64,000 bases of DNA, from the NCBI GenBank assembly GCA_037379345.1, contig CM074514.1, forward strand, positions 25,544,001 to 25,608,000, written 5' to 3'. Both the position numbers and the translations under genes were made by a program. Shown one piece after another: positions 1 to 15,700 of the stretch (the stretch's first letter is position 1; each line of letters opens with the position of its first letter). This DNA is from Perna viridis. Taxonomy: Eukaryota. The notes beneath the pieces are model-generated. The model had not been told where the DNA came from. It worked only from the letters and a program-made list of their open reading frames with translations, and did not search any database.

Positions 1-41
1 AAAGACTGTTACTTTACCATATTCTGTATGTTTGATTTCAG

Positions 42-1007
42 CACCAATCTAGTCTTAAAGAAGGCCAGTAATAATGTGATGAGTAATCTCCCTTTGAATG
101 TACGTTGCCACTCTCGGTCTGTCATTATGGACTATATGCCTGTTCTTAGGGATATCAGCAAGGCAGAAAAACTCAGGGAAATTTCCAAAGTCAAAAGAAG
201 GTATTTATATTATCGTATCAAAATGCATATTCTACAGTCCTGTGAACATCTTGAAACCTGAATCATTATGGAATAATGATACGGAAAGAGTGAATGACCA
301 AAACAGGGTTGCAAATGCCATAGAATGCCAAAATTTACAAAAAATGTGCACAGAACTCATTCTGTATAAGAGTTTATCTCAAAGTGTTCACAAAACAAGT
401 AAATTTTGGTTATTTACACTAACCAATTTACAGATTTTACCATTTTCAAATAAACATTAAAGTTATTGATCAGTGGATTGATATTCTGTATCATTAGTGA
501 TGCAAAATAAAGTTAACATAACCAGAAAAATATATTATGGTGTTTTTGCATATTGTGTACATTTACAGGTGAATTGAGCCCCCTTTTTCTCCCTGAAAAT
601 TGATGTTTGAGTAGGAGCAAATCTTTACTTATTGAACAAAAGTATTAAATCTAAAATTTAATTGTCTATACTTATAATTCATCAGTACTGCACATTTATT
701 TGTAACAGAAATGCAGATTGGTAACATTCTATTTGTGTAGGTCTGTGATGAAATCATAAATCTAGTTTCGAACACTGAATGCAATTTTAACATCATTCAC
801 ATATGATGGCTATATGAATTTTGCATTACAGTGTGATTTCAATACACATTGTGAATGCAAGTGACAATAGCAGTAAATTAGACACAAGATTGATAAGACA
901 GTTTACAACTTAATATTATAATTTACAGGTTTCATCACTACTTTGACAACATTGGTTTGAACTTAAAAGACACAACATTGGATGTGCTGTTGACTAGTTT
1001 CCAGTGA
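42..1007 (+). CDS. ATAD5: ATAD5 (ELG1) PCNA unloader, last two coding exons (42-200, 929-1007); gene begins before the window
   Basis: Spliced translation DYMPVLRDISKAEKLREISKVKR|RFHHYFDNIGLNLKDTTLDVLLTSFQ* resembles the ATAD5 C-terminus as I recall it (YLPTLRNICKTEKLKEQGKSKRRFLHYF). Acceptor ag at 40-41, donor gt at 201, acceptor ag at 927-928, phases compatible, TGA at 1005-1007. Confidence 0.8.
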
Positions 1008-2777
1008 TAATTTAATCCTTTCTGGACAATTAATCTCAAGTTTCTTGTGAATTAGTGCAATTTCTGTTAATTGATAATTGTACTTTTTGTAAAACATTTG
1101 AAAACCCAATCACATGTACGGCTAGGTATTAAGTAATAACCTCAGTTTTATTTTACATATGTGTGTCTGTCCTTCCTGGTGATATCTTGATTTGACTGAA
1201 GGGATTTTTTCCCCACTTTTGCCAGTTATTTAAAAAAAAAAACTGTAAAGGACTGATAATTTTTTTTCTGCAAAAGCAGATCTTTTTTTTAGTTTTGCTG
1301 CCTTTGTCATCCCCCTTTTTATGGTTTCCGATTATGACATTTGAACTAAATGAAAGACATTATTTAATCTTTGCATGATTTTTAAATGTTATTTAATTCA
1401 GATAAATTTTACTTTTCAGTGTAATCCAAAAAGTAGTTTTTCATGTTAGGCTGTTCTGAACTTCAGCTGCCTCTTACTTTTATTGTTTTGCTGCCTCTAA
1501 CTTTGTTTTGATTTTTCATTTTATTGCCAAATAACTTGGCAGGGTATCATTAATGTCTCATCAGATGACCGATTTTTTTTTTAATATTCAAGTACTTTAT
1601 GATACTAACTAGGATTTTTACTGTTTGATATTTGTTTGTGCAAAATAAATAATTTCCCCCTGTGATGAAGTGATGTAAGCGATATTTGAGTCATACCAAT
1701 TAATTATGTACATAAGTGCTTGTTAGACATTAATTTATTGATTGAATCTAGGATAAAGATTTTTCAGTATATCTAGTACAATTTTATCAAATTTTTATGG
1801 GAGTTTTAAAAATATGTGTTAAGGAATGCATGAGTTCTCATGAATTTCTGTAAATAACTATTTAATGAACCCGCTTACAAAAATAAAGTATGAAATAGAC
1901 CAATTTGTTTGTTTTTTTGTTTTTTGTTTTTTTTTTCATATTATCCATACTGTAGATACTTAATTTTTATGACATTTTTAATAGAACCTAAAAGATCACT
2001 ACAAAGTATATTACTATGCTTCATTAAATGTCCCTAAGAATATTATCTCCCTTGAAAAGAATGGAGGTCAATATTTTTCTGTAATAAAAAAGCTTTGGTT
2101 TGTGTAGGATAAATAATAAACAAATGGAAAAGAAAAAAGATAACTAATATACATTTTTGTTTTTTTATGGTTTTAAAAGTTGATTTTATAAAAATATATT
2201 TGAAAAGAGATCTATGATAGAAGACCTTGAAATATGTATTTAAGTCATTATGTATACTCATATTGCTATGACGGTGTAATTTAAAATCCCATTGGAAAAA
2301 AAAATCCTATGAATTTTAAATATATTTTGGATCCACAAATGTGGACTCAGTATTTTAAGGGTAATAGAGGTATCAGTTAACGCAAATACTAAGATATTCT
2401 TTTTAACTTTACTTCATGTCATTTTGTTGAATTTTGATTGGTTCAATACGAGGGTAATGTTCTGCTCTATTACATGGCTCAGTGGGTGATAGGCTATTTT
2501 GTCTATTACCCTGTCATGGTAAGTTAAACTGGTTCCGATAAAAGTTAGGTACTAATTCAGTCAGTTTTGCATTTGAAGGACAGTCATATCAATAACCGAT
2601 ATAACATTGACTAATGGACATATTTATTTCTTTTACTTGTAATGCCAAATCTACTACGAATTTGTATCCAAACATTTCTAATTGTATTGTCAAATTAAAA
2701 AGTGACAGAGGTTGGAACTGGAAAAGAAAGTGTACAAATGAGAATTTATGTCATTGGTCATTGTTGAATGTCCTTGA

Positions 2778-2812
<35 letters not shown>

Positions 2813-5800
2813 AGTGGTAATGGGTTAAATAACTATATACAAGAAAATTTAAAACAACAAGTATACAAACAAACAAAAAAAAACACCTTATTAACATTTA
2901 TGTTAAAGGTCACAAAAGGGGTGTGATCTAGTTAACATTTACAGTTTCAAATGAATGAAATTTTGAAAGTAAACAAAACCATTTTAATGGAGAAAATAAG
3001 ACAAAAGACAAACATACAAAACTGATTGTTAGTACTTGGAAAATAATGACGATGGAACATTCAGTATGATAAAATAAATAACATAGCCTATAGATATCTG
3101 ATAGAGTTTGTTACCCCTTGACAATACATTGTCACCCTTGGGATGACAATTTTCTCAGGGTAACAAACTGCTGTATCACCCTCTTAGCTATATATTATTT
3201 ACATAATGTCCTCATGAAGAGAACAATTTAAGTTTAGTGAATAACTTGCGGTCTGTCACTCTCACAAAAAAAAATCATTATTTTATACACCTATTATAGT
3301 GTGAAGTTGCCTTCATTTAAGTGAGATCTAAAAGGTGTGTTAAACAGTGATATATATATATAGATATATAAATCAGCCTGCCTTTCCACATATATCAAGC
3401 GAAACTCCTATATATCCGCTGAGTTGATTTTGATGAAATTTTATTGTACAATAAGGCATTTAATATAGATGTGTATGAAAGAAGAAAATAAACAACATTA
3501 TCTTTAAACCTTAGTTTAATATGAATTTAATTCCACTTGAAACTTAGTGGTGTTCTTTCTATGTACATGCTCTCACTATTTCTTGGTGAGATTTCTTTTT
3601 TTTTTTTGTATACCCATACCCTTGTAAGTCACTGGTTTCTTTTGTAAATGGGCGTATTCATGGGAAGACAAATAGTGTACGACAAGGTCACACGTTCTCT
3701 TCTTTACTTATTGTATAATCCAATCAAAACAAGGATACGGGAGAAATTACAGACCATTTGTGATTTGGCAACATAATATCACAATGTCAGTTGTTCAAAA
3801 TGAGGAAGCATGCTTCCTGACTATAGGTAAAATATAAAATGCAGCATATTACTGAAGATATGGGTACCTACACTTATTCCTGATGGAACAAGAGATTTCT
3901 TACACTTTTGAGGGAAATTCCCCATCTTTTCACTTGTGCAAAGGACACAACCCTTTCACACTGGTGCAAGAAATCCCAGATTTTCTGTAAGGAATTGTGC
4001 AAGAACCTATCCATTTTCTTCTTTTTTTTTACTTCTGTGTTGGAGGTGTGTCTTTTTCAGTTTATAATTCATTCTTTCCCTTGATTTTACTCTTAGTGTA
4101 CGGCTGATAATGACGAGATAAAACATGAGATTATCATTTTATTATCACTTACACATCATTTACATCTTCCTCTCACACAAGCGGCACTTCTATATCACAA
4201 ATATAACAATATACAGCAACAATGTCCATCAATAAATTATTTGGCAAACAAGAGTCAAAATAACATTGGTTGTCCAAGGTAAATAGATAATTGCACCTTC
4301 TAGTGTGAAATGAAACTGACTTACCAAACTACACATGCATAAAAAATGTGAATGTGCAAATATGCCTCAATATTAAAGTTATTTTCATTTCATCCTGATC
4401 AAATTAATTATGTACTTTCTGTGATACTTGACAACAATTTACTTAATTCATTACTCTAATTTTTTTTTAAAACTTAGTATTAAAACAATTAATTATACAT
4501 TTTTTTTTGAAATTTCAAAATCTATGGACTCACATGGTTTTTTTTCAGAAAGGACAGATTTGGCCATATTATCTACAGAATTGACAAGGCAAGACCTGCA
4601 CTAAATGAGACAGTCTCTATATATTATGCCTTCTTAACTGTTCAATTTAAGTCAGATATGCATATAATGAACTTCCAAATGATTCAATTAATCTCTCACA
4701 TCCCTAATACACCTATTCACTTTATTTCAAATTCATATAAAAATCTAACTAATACAATCATGCATTCTTCAGGTCATTGCCATTAGCAAAAATAGTAGAC
4801 AAGGCCATGAAAATAGCAAATGTTTATTTTTCTCTCCATTGTAAATGGGAAAGAAAAGGCCATCATAAAAAATTCCTAAATTCTCATCCAACATTTTTCA
4901 TAATTTTATTGTTTATTTTTTATCAATTGAAGTGAAAATGATGTTGACTTGAAAGAAATTGAACAAAATTGGGAAAAAAAACCAAAATAAAGCTTTTGGG
5001 GAGGGTGAAAAAATTGGGCTGGGAGGGGATGAGAATCTAAGACATTTTTTTACTTTAGCCTAAGGTTATTGATTAAACAATTTATAATGCACTTCCAAAG
5101 ATGAATGGTTCATTTTGTGGATACATTGACATAAACATACAATACATATCCATCATCCATCATTATTATAACTTACTTTCAATATTACATAAACCAGGTT
5201 ATTCTCAAGCTTATGGCTTTAACTAGGTAGTGACAAGTTGGATGTGTTTATCTTTCACATTTCCATTGATTTGTATATTGTGTTAGACTGGACATCAAAT
5301 ATTTGGAAAAGGGTAAACAAGTAAAATACCTACTTCCAATAAAGCAAAAATAAAACACCTTCACAAATTCCTGATAAACAGTAAACAGTGTGAGAAAAAT
5401 AACTTATGATTGGATGTCATCTTTTGAATCCATTCATCTACTACACAATAAATTAATAAATATCATGTAAAATTGATGGAAATCACCACAGGTCATAAGG
5501 ATTGCAATAAAGACCTTGTTTTAATTAGTACCAACCATTTTCACACTAGGGAAGTTTGGAACATTGTTATCCTTCATACTTAGTCATAGAAATACATTAG
5601 CATACACTAACATGCTATCTCCATGGTCTTATTACTCAAGAGTATCACAGGAAGCAGACTTAGTCTGGCTATAAACAATTCACAAGTTCACAGACACACT
5701 CATCAATACAACACAGTATGAACACAATTCATCACTGAAACTACAGAGGTTAAAGTTACAGTTGAATTTTTGATTTCACACATGTACAGTACATAGCAAT

Positions 5801-6735
5801 TGAGGAAACAATATACATGTCTCTCCTATTATTTTTCGTAGGATTAAAGTTAGGTGCCTAGACGGAATATCATGTTACATGTATGTATAATATACCTTTT
5901 ATAACAATGAATAAATTTACATATCAATGTATGTCAACTACCATTCTCAAGATTTCACATCTTCCTTATAATGCCTTTAAATAATGAAAAGGTACTATGT
6001 GAAAATCTTTTAAATAACAAAACAAAGGTTGATAGCCATTTTTCTCAACTTTTATAGTTTATCATTAATTAAGTTGACTATAATTTAATCTACAATGTTA
6101 ATTAAAATAGATGAAAGTAAAATCTGTTAATAATCTTATTCTAATGAAATAAATAATGTATGTTGATAATTTTTAAAGGACTTAAGCACCTTAGTTGATA
6201 ATGGTAACCATAGAAACAAAAAGATTTTAAGCACTACACATTTTCCTACAACCTCAGCTCCTAATCGATGACCAATAAAACTTTTTGCATTCTTGCATCT
6301 GACTAGGTTATCACAGGAAGACTTCAAAATGAAAACTCTTCATATATCACATAAACATTCTTCAATGTGTTGTACTAATACAGGTACAAATTGCAATTAA
6401 AACAAAATGAAAAAAAAAATGAAATTTTTTATTAAGTCAGAAATGATTTGCCACTATTTATATTTTTGTCAACAAAAAAAAAGTAAATTGTAAATGTCTG
6501 TTTACAGAGAAGGATTAGTCAGAAAAATGTATTATCCTTTGGTACCCAACTAGCTGAACTAATATGTCTCTGTGCTGTCCTGAATGCTTTTTGAGAGCTC
6601 AGCTTTGGTCAGGATTTCCTATGTTTTCATGCATAGAATATCAGCTTCATTTAACTAACAATGAAAATGATCAAATGCATGAAACAGGGGACAACTGGTT
6701 GTATGTCCATGCACAGTTATACATAAACAACTGGC

Positions 6736-9700
6736 TCAGTTCAATAAGTTTCTGATCTCTTTGTGTATATGACATAAAAAGTCTACATATGAACTGCTGC
6801 CATTGACACCTTTGTCTTCAGCCATGAAATGATTAAACCAGGGCTCTAGCTTGTCTCTTTGTCTCACTATTGTAAGCTGCAATTATAAAAATACAACAAG
6901 TTGCAATTAATTTATACGAAATTACCCATGATGGCAATGTACTGGTTTCCATCAACTCACATAAACAAAGGTTTGTGTAACTAATTTAAACATTTGGTGA
7001 AGAAAGCTTGTGATCAGAATGTACCAATAACTGATAAAATTTGTCTTGCTGTTTGAGAAAAAAAAACAGATATGAGAAACAATGCAATAAAGAAATCCTA
7101 ATTAATACTTAAAGAGATGATCAGATGCCTCAAGTATTATTCTAAATATCACTGATATGTAAATACTTCTACTAGTAGGCCATTAATGTATCTGTAGTGT
7201 ACAAAATTTCATAATGAACAACAAAAACACATTCAAAATTTTGGACAATGACCTACCTTCATACATCTCGTCCTTTCTGATCTCACTTTAGCAATGACCT
7301 CCTTCAGTCTGATAGAGACTGGGTTATCCAGGTCCAGAATTTTACTCTGAAATACAATTAAGTTTTACTAGTACGATCAATTTATGTTTAAGAAATTAAT
7401 TTATATGTATAATCTACAATTATCTTACAGTGTTTTCTCATTCCTTATTTCAGTAGTCCAGAAATCATTAGTATTGGTGTGTAATATCAATAAAATTTAT
7501 TGAAGGATGGTTAAATCTTAAGTTTATTTCAGTGTATATCACATTTTATTTTGTTTTTCCATGGTAATAATACCAAGAAATTGAACTGGCAGAAATAATG
7601 TTATATTCATTAACTAAAATATTCTATCCCATAACATTTGTAATAAAATCTAACCTTATGACAACAAAAACAAGAACTTGATCTGACAGAGATGGTGTTA
7701 TAATATATTCATAACTAAAATATTCTATCCTCTAACATAAAATCTAACTTTATATGGCAACAAGAACAAGAAATTTAACTGACAGAGATGATGTTATAAT
7801 ACATTCAGAATTAAAATATTCTATCCCATAACATTCGTAATAAAATCTTACCTTATCAATATCAATCTGTGTTACACTCTGTACACCAAATACTTGCTGG
7901 ACCCAGTGAGAGTCTACATTATGCCCAATCCATATAAACATTGATAAACCATTTTCTGCAACAACAAAAACCAGAATCATAATAACATGTAAATTTTAGT
8001 ACATGTATTCTGCAGATGTATTTAATGAAAATTTCTTGACAACAGAGTGGACCCTGTCAATTATTCATACAATATTGTTTTATTCTGATGGGTTAAAAAA
8101 ACTGTGCAGGTCCTGATCCTGAAGATCAAATATCTAGTAGGTTCCTGAAGACCACAGAATATCTGACAATATCTATTGTCTCCAATAGCAAGAAATGTTA
8201 AAATGATATATACTAGTGTTTTCTATAGTCAAGTATCAAGACCTTTAAAATAAAATTATCAAAATATTTTTTTTTCAGAAAAATTATAAAAAGAATTTTT
8301 AGACCTAAATCACTGAAATATTTTGTTGGCTAGTAATCATAATTTTCCATATTGCTTTAATAATGAATTTCTGATATTGTTTGTTGTGTGGCCTAATGTA
8401 AACTTCATTTACAAATGCATTACATCTTATACAAGCAATATGGGTTAGGTAAATTTTACTGAATGTTTTTCTTACCTAATAAATAGACGCCGTCTTCTTG
8501 TAATCTTTCTGTTGAACACCGGAGACTGACAGGCATATCTGGTCCTTCATCTGGTAAATTATGCTGTAAAAACATATCAAATCTTATCAAAACAATTGTT
8601 TTAAGTCTTATTTATTTAAATCTCATTTGCAATATAGTATTTCAACAATTAGATCTGCGAATAACAGCATTTTAATTTTTTTATACTTGATCAATTCTGA
8701 TGCAGATTAAAACAATAAGGCATCTAGAACATGATGTGATGTGAATTGATGCTTAAGTGATACTACAATTTAGTTTTTAGGATATTCTCAACTTTTGTGG
8801 TAAACCTTAAGTCTTTCGGATTTTGAAACATAACAATTTGAGAATATTCTTGAACTTGAGTAATTCTTCAAGCTATGCAGCGCCAGTGCCAAGAATATAT
8901 GTCATCTGCCGATGTCATGTCCACAGATGTATGTTTATGTACTGAAAAGACTAGATCAAGGAACCATTCTTGACTTCACTATATAATGAATAGGAAGCTT
9001 TCTGACACTCATTTTATGTCCATAAATTATTTTCACTATAGGAACTGCCTGATTTTTGCCTGGTTTCGTACTTAATCTTATATAATATAATCTTTAAGTT
9101 TTAACTAACGTACAACAGGAAACATTCTTGGATAAAAGAACACACTGGAGAATTTGACATTCATTGCATTCATTAAAAACATTAAATAACTTCTGTCATC
9201 AGTTGATATTTCTTGGCCTGAAAAAAATAAATCCAATAGTAAATTTTATTATCATTCTAAAGCATAATAAGTCCAATCGTAAAGTTCAGTGTTATTCTAT
9301 AGTATGTATGTAACATCAAAAGACAATAATAAACAGAGCTGAGGTAAGTGGAAGAAAATAAAGAATTTTCTGGCGAAAGAGGGTATGAGGGTATCTTTCA
9401 GTAGACCAAATCTTGAAGTTAAGTTTGTAAGGCAAATTACTATGTTACATCACTTTCCATGATTTTCAACCTTGCTATAAGTTACTTATCTTTATAAGAG
9501 AAAATTATACTCTTTTTAAACAGTGATATTTATTTCATGTACTGCCACTTTCATTGCACAATAAGAAACACCTACCATATAGCAGGTAATTTTTTTGTGG
9601 GGTGCTGTCTAAAAACACCAAAATAAATTCCACGAAATATATTTACTTTGAGCTTAGGTCCTTAGAGCATATATTAGCCAAAATTAGAATGGCCAAAATT

Positions 9701-12700
9701 TTGGCATACTTTATGGCCTCAAAAACACGGAAATTTACAACTGCCAAAATAACCTATCATACAATATTTTAATAATTCATTTAAATTTCTTTGGCACTTG
9801 TCAAAGTTTGCAACAGAAATCAAGCACTGAATGCCATCCAGTACGATGAAATCTTCAGTAATAGAACTGTGCTACATTGCTTTAAAAAAATAAGCAAAGT
9901 GCATAATTTTTAAAAGAAATCTAAACTGTGCTTTGCCAGTCAGCACCATGCTGTTTTGCATATATAAACAGAATATTTCAAAGTCGTCCTATGAAGCTTT
10001 ACTCAAAGACAGGCTAGTAATTGGAATACAGAAGCCACTCCTTTCAAATAATTTGAGTACAGACAGAAAGACTTACCTCCTCTTAATCCATCACTCTTAA
10101 GAATACAGTTTGCATATACTGGTAATAATTTCATACATTCTGGTAATATTAACTGTCCTGCTGAAGAAGGACTAGCACAGTTCTTTCTATAACAAGCTAA
10201 TATATGGGCAACATCATTGGTGATGCTCTCTCTAACTTGACATGGGTTATTGTTCAACAGGGATTTGATAGCTAAAATTGAAACAAAATGTCATCAATTC
10301 ATTTGAGAAATGTGTTATTCTATATGTCTATGGGAGCATGAAGCATGAGACGGTTCAAATTGTAAGTATGTTATTCAGAGGAAACTATCACTATCTAATT
10401 AAAGGATGTCTGAATCATGTTTAATATGCAAAATTTAAACTTTATACTTTAGAATCAGTGTTCAATTTACTAGTGAAAAATAAGAGTCAACTTTTCTACT
10501 CAAAAATGCTTGTGTCAAGATATCTTCTCATCCATTTAATGCTATATACAATCATATTAAAAACTGTACTTAATTTTCTCATGGTTTTGTGTTTCTAATT
10601 TAAACTTTAAGACTTTAAATGTAAATCTACTTAAACCTTCTTCCCTTCCAAAAAAATTTAATGCTTGATTCAATCTCAAAATCTTGAAAAATTACTTTAA
10701 AAAAGTTCTACAGCCCTTGAAAGAAATAACATTACATACCTTGTTTACCATAGAAGTTAATTAATGCATCTAGTTCACAACTCCTGAATAAATCAGCCAT
10801 TTGAGTACAACAATTGAAAGACAGATTATGTATTCTTAATCGTCTCTGACCACTAACAGATGTATACAGAACTGCAACCTGGCAGAAAAAAATAATATAA
10901 CATGTATGAATAAAACAACTGCGGCAAATTGACTAAAGGATCATGAAAATTAATATTTACTTTATGAGCAATGGAAAAGAAACAAAATTATCCTTCTCAT
11001 GTCATTACATTGTTTTGATAAAATCAAAAGTCTACCATCCAGTACTAATTGAAAAGGGTTATAGATCCAGGACCCAAGTAAATGTAATTTCAAAGGTCCT
11101 AGGTCAGAAATTTAGTGTCCTTGACCTCAGACCATCACCAATATGAAAGACTAAGTAACTACATGTGTATTTTTGTATGTGCTCAGAGTGATAACTTGCA
11201 TATCTACCTATAACTTGGTACCATTTAAATAAAAATATTCCTTAAAAACTTGTCATAATAGTCATATCTGAACTACAAAGTCATTAACTAACCTGTACAT
11301 AAGCACCATCCCCTTCAGACAGTTTGTCATCATGTTTAATCTCCACATTAAGGGCATCATCACTATTGATAGCAGCCATTTCAACATCCGTTGTGTTAGA
11401 CATATAGAAGTTCCCATAAAAATCTACTGGCCGAATACCTGTACTAGTTCTGACTCTGAGTATAGCATCAAATGCAGATTGGTTTTGTACATTGCGTTTT
11501 AAATCATCTAAAAATCTATCTCCATCAATGTCAGCCTGAAACATTAATGAAATGATGTATACAAGGAGAAGAAATGAAACAAAAGGCTCCCAGGTGCCTG
11601 AATCGCTCACCTGGTTAAATGTTTGAAACAGAGTTCGTGAAAAAAAATTTCTGCTGTCTGACATAGGACTGACAAAGGCAAATGTTTTGTCAGTCGCACT
11701 GAAAATTTGCTGGTCCCATGTAATCAGACTTCAAAAAATCATTTTAACCGCTGTCAGTCATGGGAACAGCACAAGAGGTTAAAATACTGGTCCTACCCAA
11801 ATTTTACCTGTCTAGACTGGCAGGACCGACCATTTTCGCAAACTCTGTTGAAAGGCAACATGGAAATGTCCCACAATTTTGACTCACGAAGACTTTGGTA
11901 GGACACATCATAAGGATCATTTCATCAACTGACAGTTTCATTTTATCTTTTATAGTTTTCAATATAGTGTTGATGGGTGACAGAGATATAAGTCACACAA
12001 ATATATTATAATCATTCCCATGAAGGACTCCATAGTTCAAGAAGACAAAAAATTTAGGACAGATGTTATTTCAAAATTCAAACAGAATTCAAACTTCAAT
12101 GCCTACCACCTACAGCTTAAAAATATCCCTTATAAAATCCATACAAAATACAAACTAGTCAATTCAAACTTCAATGCCTACCACCTACAGCTTAAAAATA
12201 TCCCTTAGGAAATCCATACAAAAATACAAACTAGTCAATTCAAACTTCAATGCCTACCACCTACATCTTAAAAATATCCCTTAGGAAATCCATACAAAAA
12301 TACAAAGTAGTCAAATCTTAATTATTAAAATACTTACTATACTAGGTGAAATCTTGAAAGGACCTACCTGGAAATAACTGTACTTATAGAGACTTCCTCC
12401 TGTTAGTCTACTGACTTCACTTATTGTAGCAACATCAATATAAGAATTAGGAAATAAGAACAGATCAACACTACATCCCTCCACTACACAATCCTGGCCT
12501 AACTTGGTGTAAAAATTGTTCTGTGGTGTTAATATTGTCTACAAAATAGTCAAAGAATAAATGTTACATATACAACCAGTTAAACTGAAATGAATACTAA
12601 AATACACAATTCTTTACACAAAAAGTTTCAACAAAACACCTTGTTTTCTCTGTTTAATCATATGATCAATGATATTCTAGTACTAATTGTGTTATGTTAA

Positions 12701-15700
12701 TATGTTAGTCCAATTTTGTCAGAAAGTTCTCCTAAATGTGGATACAAATCAGTTTAAGAATAGGTTCATAGAATATGAAATAATTCTACAGGTGTTCTAA
12801 GCAGACCTGATATCAAAAGGTCAACAAATGAAGTGGAAATTGGTCAAATTGGAAAATATACAGTAAAAACAGAATCATAGCGGTATAATCCGTAAAATTT
12901 AAAAAATGGAATCCCATTTTAAAGTGGAAGAAAATCAAGTTTGTCTTCAGAAAGTCAAAATTTCTTTGCTTTTATATCGATATACCCATGGAAAAAGGTT
13001 CTTTCACAAATAAAATATAACTTCTCGGTATAAGATCAACAGCTTTCAATCCTACCTTTTCTTTTTCAGAGCCAAGTAATTTCCTATCATCTCTATTTTT
13101 CAGTTTACCAGGAGCTTCTGCTATAGGTAATGATGTATGAAATATGTACAGTTTTCCTGCCCTGTCAGCAGATTTTAAAGCATCAAGTCCTGCTTGAATA
13201 ACTGGACCAAGAACTGTCTCTGTTTCTCTGGATTCAGCAAACATTTGTGGGATTTGTGACAGCAAACTGAAATTTTAATACATCACACATTTTCATTTTT
13301 TTTTAAAAGACAAACTAACTGAAATTATTCTATATCTATATTTAAAACAAGCTGAAAGTTTACTTTCTCGTGAAGATTATTAACTTAACCTTTTCTACAG
13401 CTCAATAGATTTTTATGAAAGTTCAGAGAAAGAATAATGCAGAATTATTGTTTTATCCACCTCAGATTGTCAATCCTGAGGTGGATTGAAAAATGTTATC
13501 CAAAAAAAAAAAACATACAAAAATGCATAAAAATGCTTTTTGTTTCAGCCAAAGGTTTTTTTTTTTAATGAAGTAAATAAAAAATGGCATATTTTTCTAA
13601 TATAACCAAAACTTACATACCTATCAATTACAGCTTCAGATTCTGACAATTTGACAAGAAAACCATCTAACAATGGTACAAACATATCCTCTAAATCTGA
13701 TACTACTAACATCTGAGGCTGAGCTAAATTACCCTGAAATAAAACAACATCTAAAATGTTGCCTCCATTAAATACATTGAATAATTTCTAATTCAATACT
13801 TAAAAAACAAATTTCCTTAAATGAACTTTTTCTCAATCATTTTGGTTCATAATAGCATTTCTTCATAAAAAAAAACAAAGAATGTCCAGTCAAGAAATGT
13901 TGATCATTAATGTGTCCTTGTGTCATTATATTAATTTTTCGTTCGATTATGAGGAATTGTCATCATTCTGTTACCATTTATTTGTTTACTGTTACGGCCT
14001 TGCTTTAAAGGTGTGTTTACAATTGTTGAAGACCCTTTGGTGATATCTGAAGGTATTTACAGTTTTGGATTTAAGACATATGCTGATGCATTTACTACGT
14101 TACACCATATATGTTCTTCTTTTTTTACCTAAGAAATGAATAACAAAATCAGGGACCACACAATATACATATCAAGGATTGGTTTAAAACAACAAACAAA
14201 ACAAAGAAGGGCATCAGAAATTATTCTTAGTAAACATACCTTTACATTGTAAAAATGAATTTCCTTTGCATATGTTACAAAACCGACTCTAATCTCTGAT
14301 TCTTCTGCACCCATTTCCCTAAAGAATAGAATTTGTGAAATATTCTAAAATTATATACACAAACTCTATGAACTGACAAAGCAGCAATAATTTATTAGCC
14401 AAGAGCTAATTTCTGGTCTATGTCATTTTTTTAAAATTTTGCAACTATTAGAAAAAATTAACTTTATACCATGCTAAATTTTGAGAGCCATAGCATGTCA
14501 ATTTATCAAGTAGTTCTATGCAAAACTAGTACAAACATTATTATGACAGCCTTTAAGATTACCATCCCATTCCTCCCATTTTTGTGGCACTCATTTTTAA
14601 TGGTAAATTTGATTCAGTGTATTTGTCTTAAGTATTGCAACTTCTTCTTAATGTGTATTCTGAAAACAGCTCTCTATTAATAGCAGTTTTTTTAACTATT
14701 GAAAAAAAAAAACACACACACATGTACACAAATTTAAAATTAAAAGATATTAAGTTAAGTTCTCCCTTTCCTAAATCATTTTTGAAAAGGTCAAACAGAA
14801 TCTGCCAATTGACCTAATGTGTTCTGAACATCAATACAAAATTAGTCAAACAGTTCTCTGTAAGCATCAAATGAATCAGTAAAGGCTGGGTAACCATAGG
14901 TGTCAGATTTTCACCAAATTGGTGTATAAGCCCATAATATGGCTCTATTGAAAAAAAAGTTATATGAATTTTCTTGGCATACATTCAGTAGCTATGGAAA
15001 CCGTTGACCTAAATTTTTCCGCCGAAACTCAAGTGTTTTTCAGTGGTAACATGACTAGATGTAGACTTCTGTACTCATAACACATCTAAGTTAATTTATT
15101 TAGTGACCTCAGTTATTGTTAAAGCTAGTATAGAACTTGCTTTTTGTCAGATTAAACCAGATTAAGAGTGTGACATATTCTAAAATAAGGGATTCCAAAA
15201 TACTATAAGATAGACATTTTCAATTGTAATAAGATATTAATATCTTTATTAAGATGGATTAACACTTAGATTACATGTTTTAACAATGAACAACGCAAGA
15301 TTTGTGACCTAAATAGGGCTAAATGAATAGTTTTTTCTATGGAGCTTTTAAGCAGTAGTTGCTATAGGTACGACGTTTACATTATAATATTTTTTGCTAA
15401 AAAAATATACCATATTCAATTTTCTCATATTTTGTGGAGAAAGGATGGTACTTGATGCACAAATTGTTCGATGCTTGCGTTTTATTATGAGGCTATTAGT
15501 ATATATAAAAGTGATGAAAATGGTCATTTCAAAAAGCCAAAATAATTGTGAAACTATTATTTACTATTTTTAGTCATTACATGCATTAATTAGTCAGTAT
15601 ACCAAATTTCATCAAATTCTGTGGTAAAGCATTTCCACACCACTTTGATGCTTACAGAGAACTGCTCTTTAAAGTACTCTACAAATTGTACTTACTTTGG

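Noticed and set aside
1008-6735. Short ORFs and a ~30-nt T run between ATAD5 and SEC24C
   Set aside because: AT-rich UTR/intergenic DNA with no coding signature, and no retrocopy body next to the T run.
12086-12314. Repeat arrays as possible CRISPR
   Set aside because: Head-to-tail tandem units without unique spacers, in a eukaryotic intron, with no cas genes.
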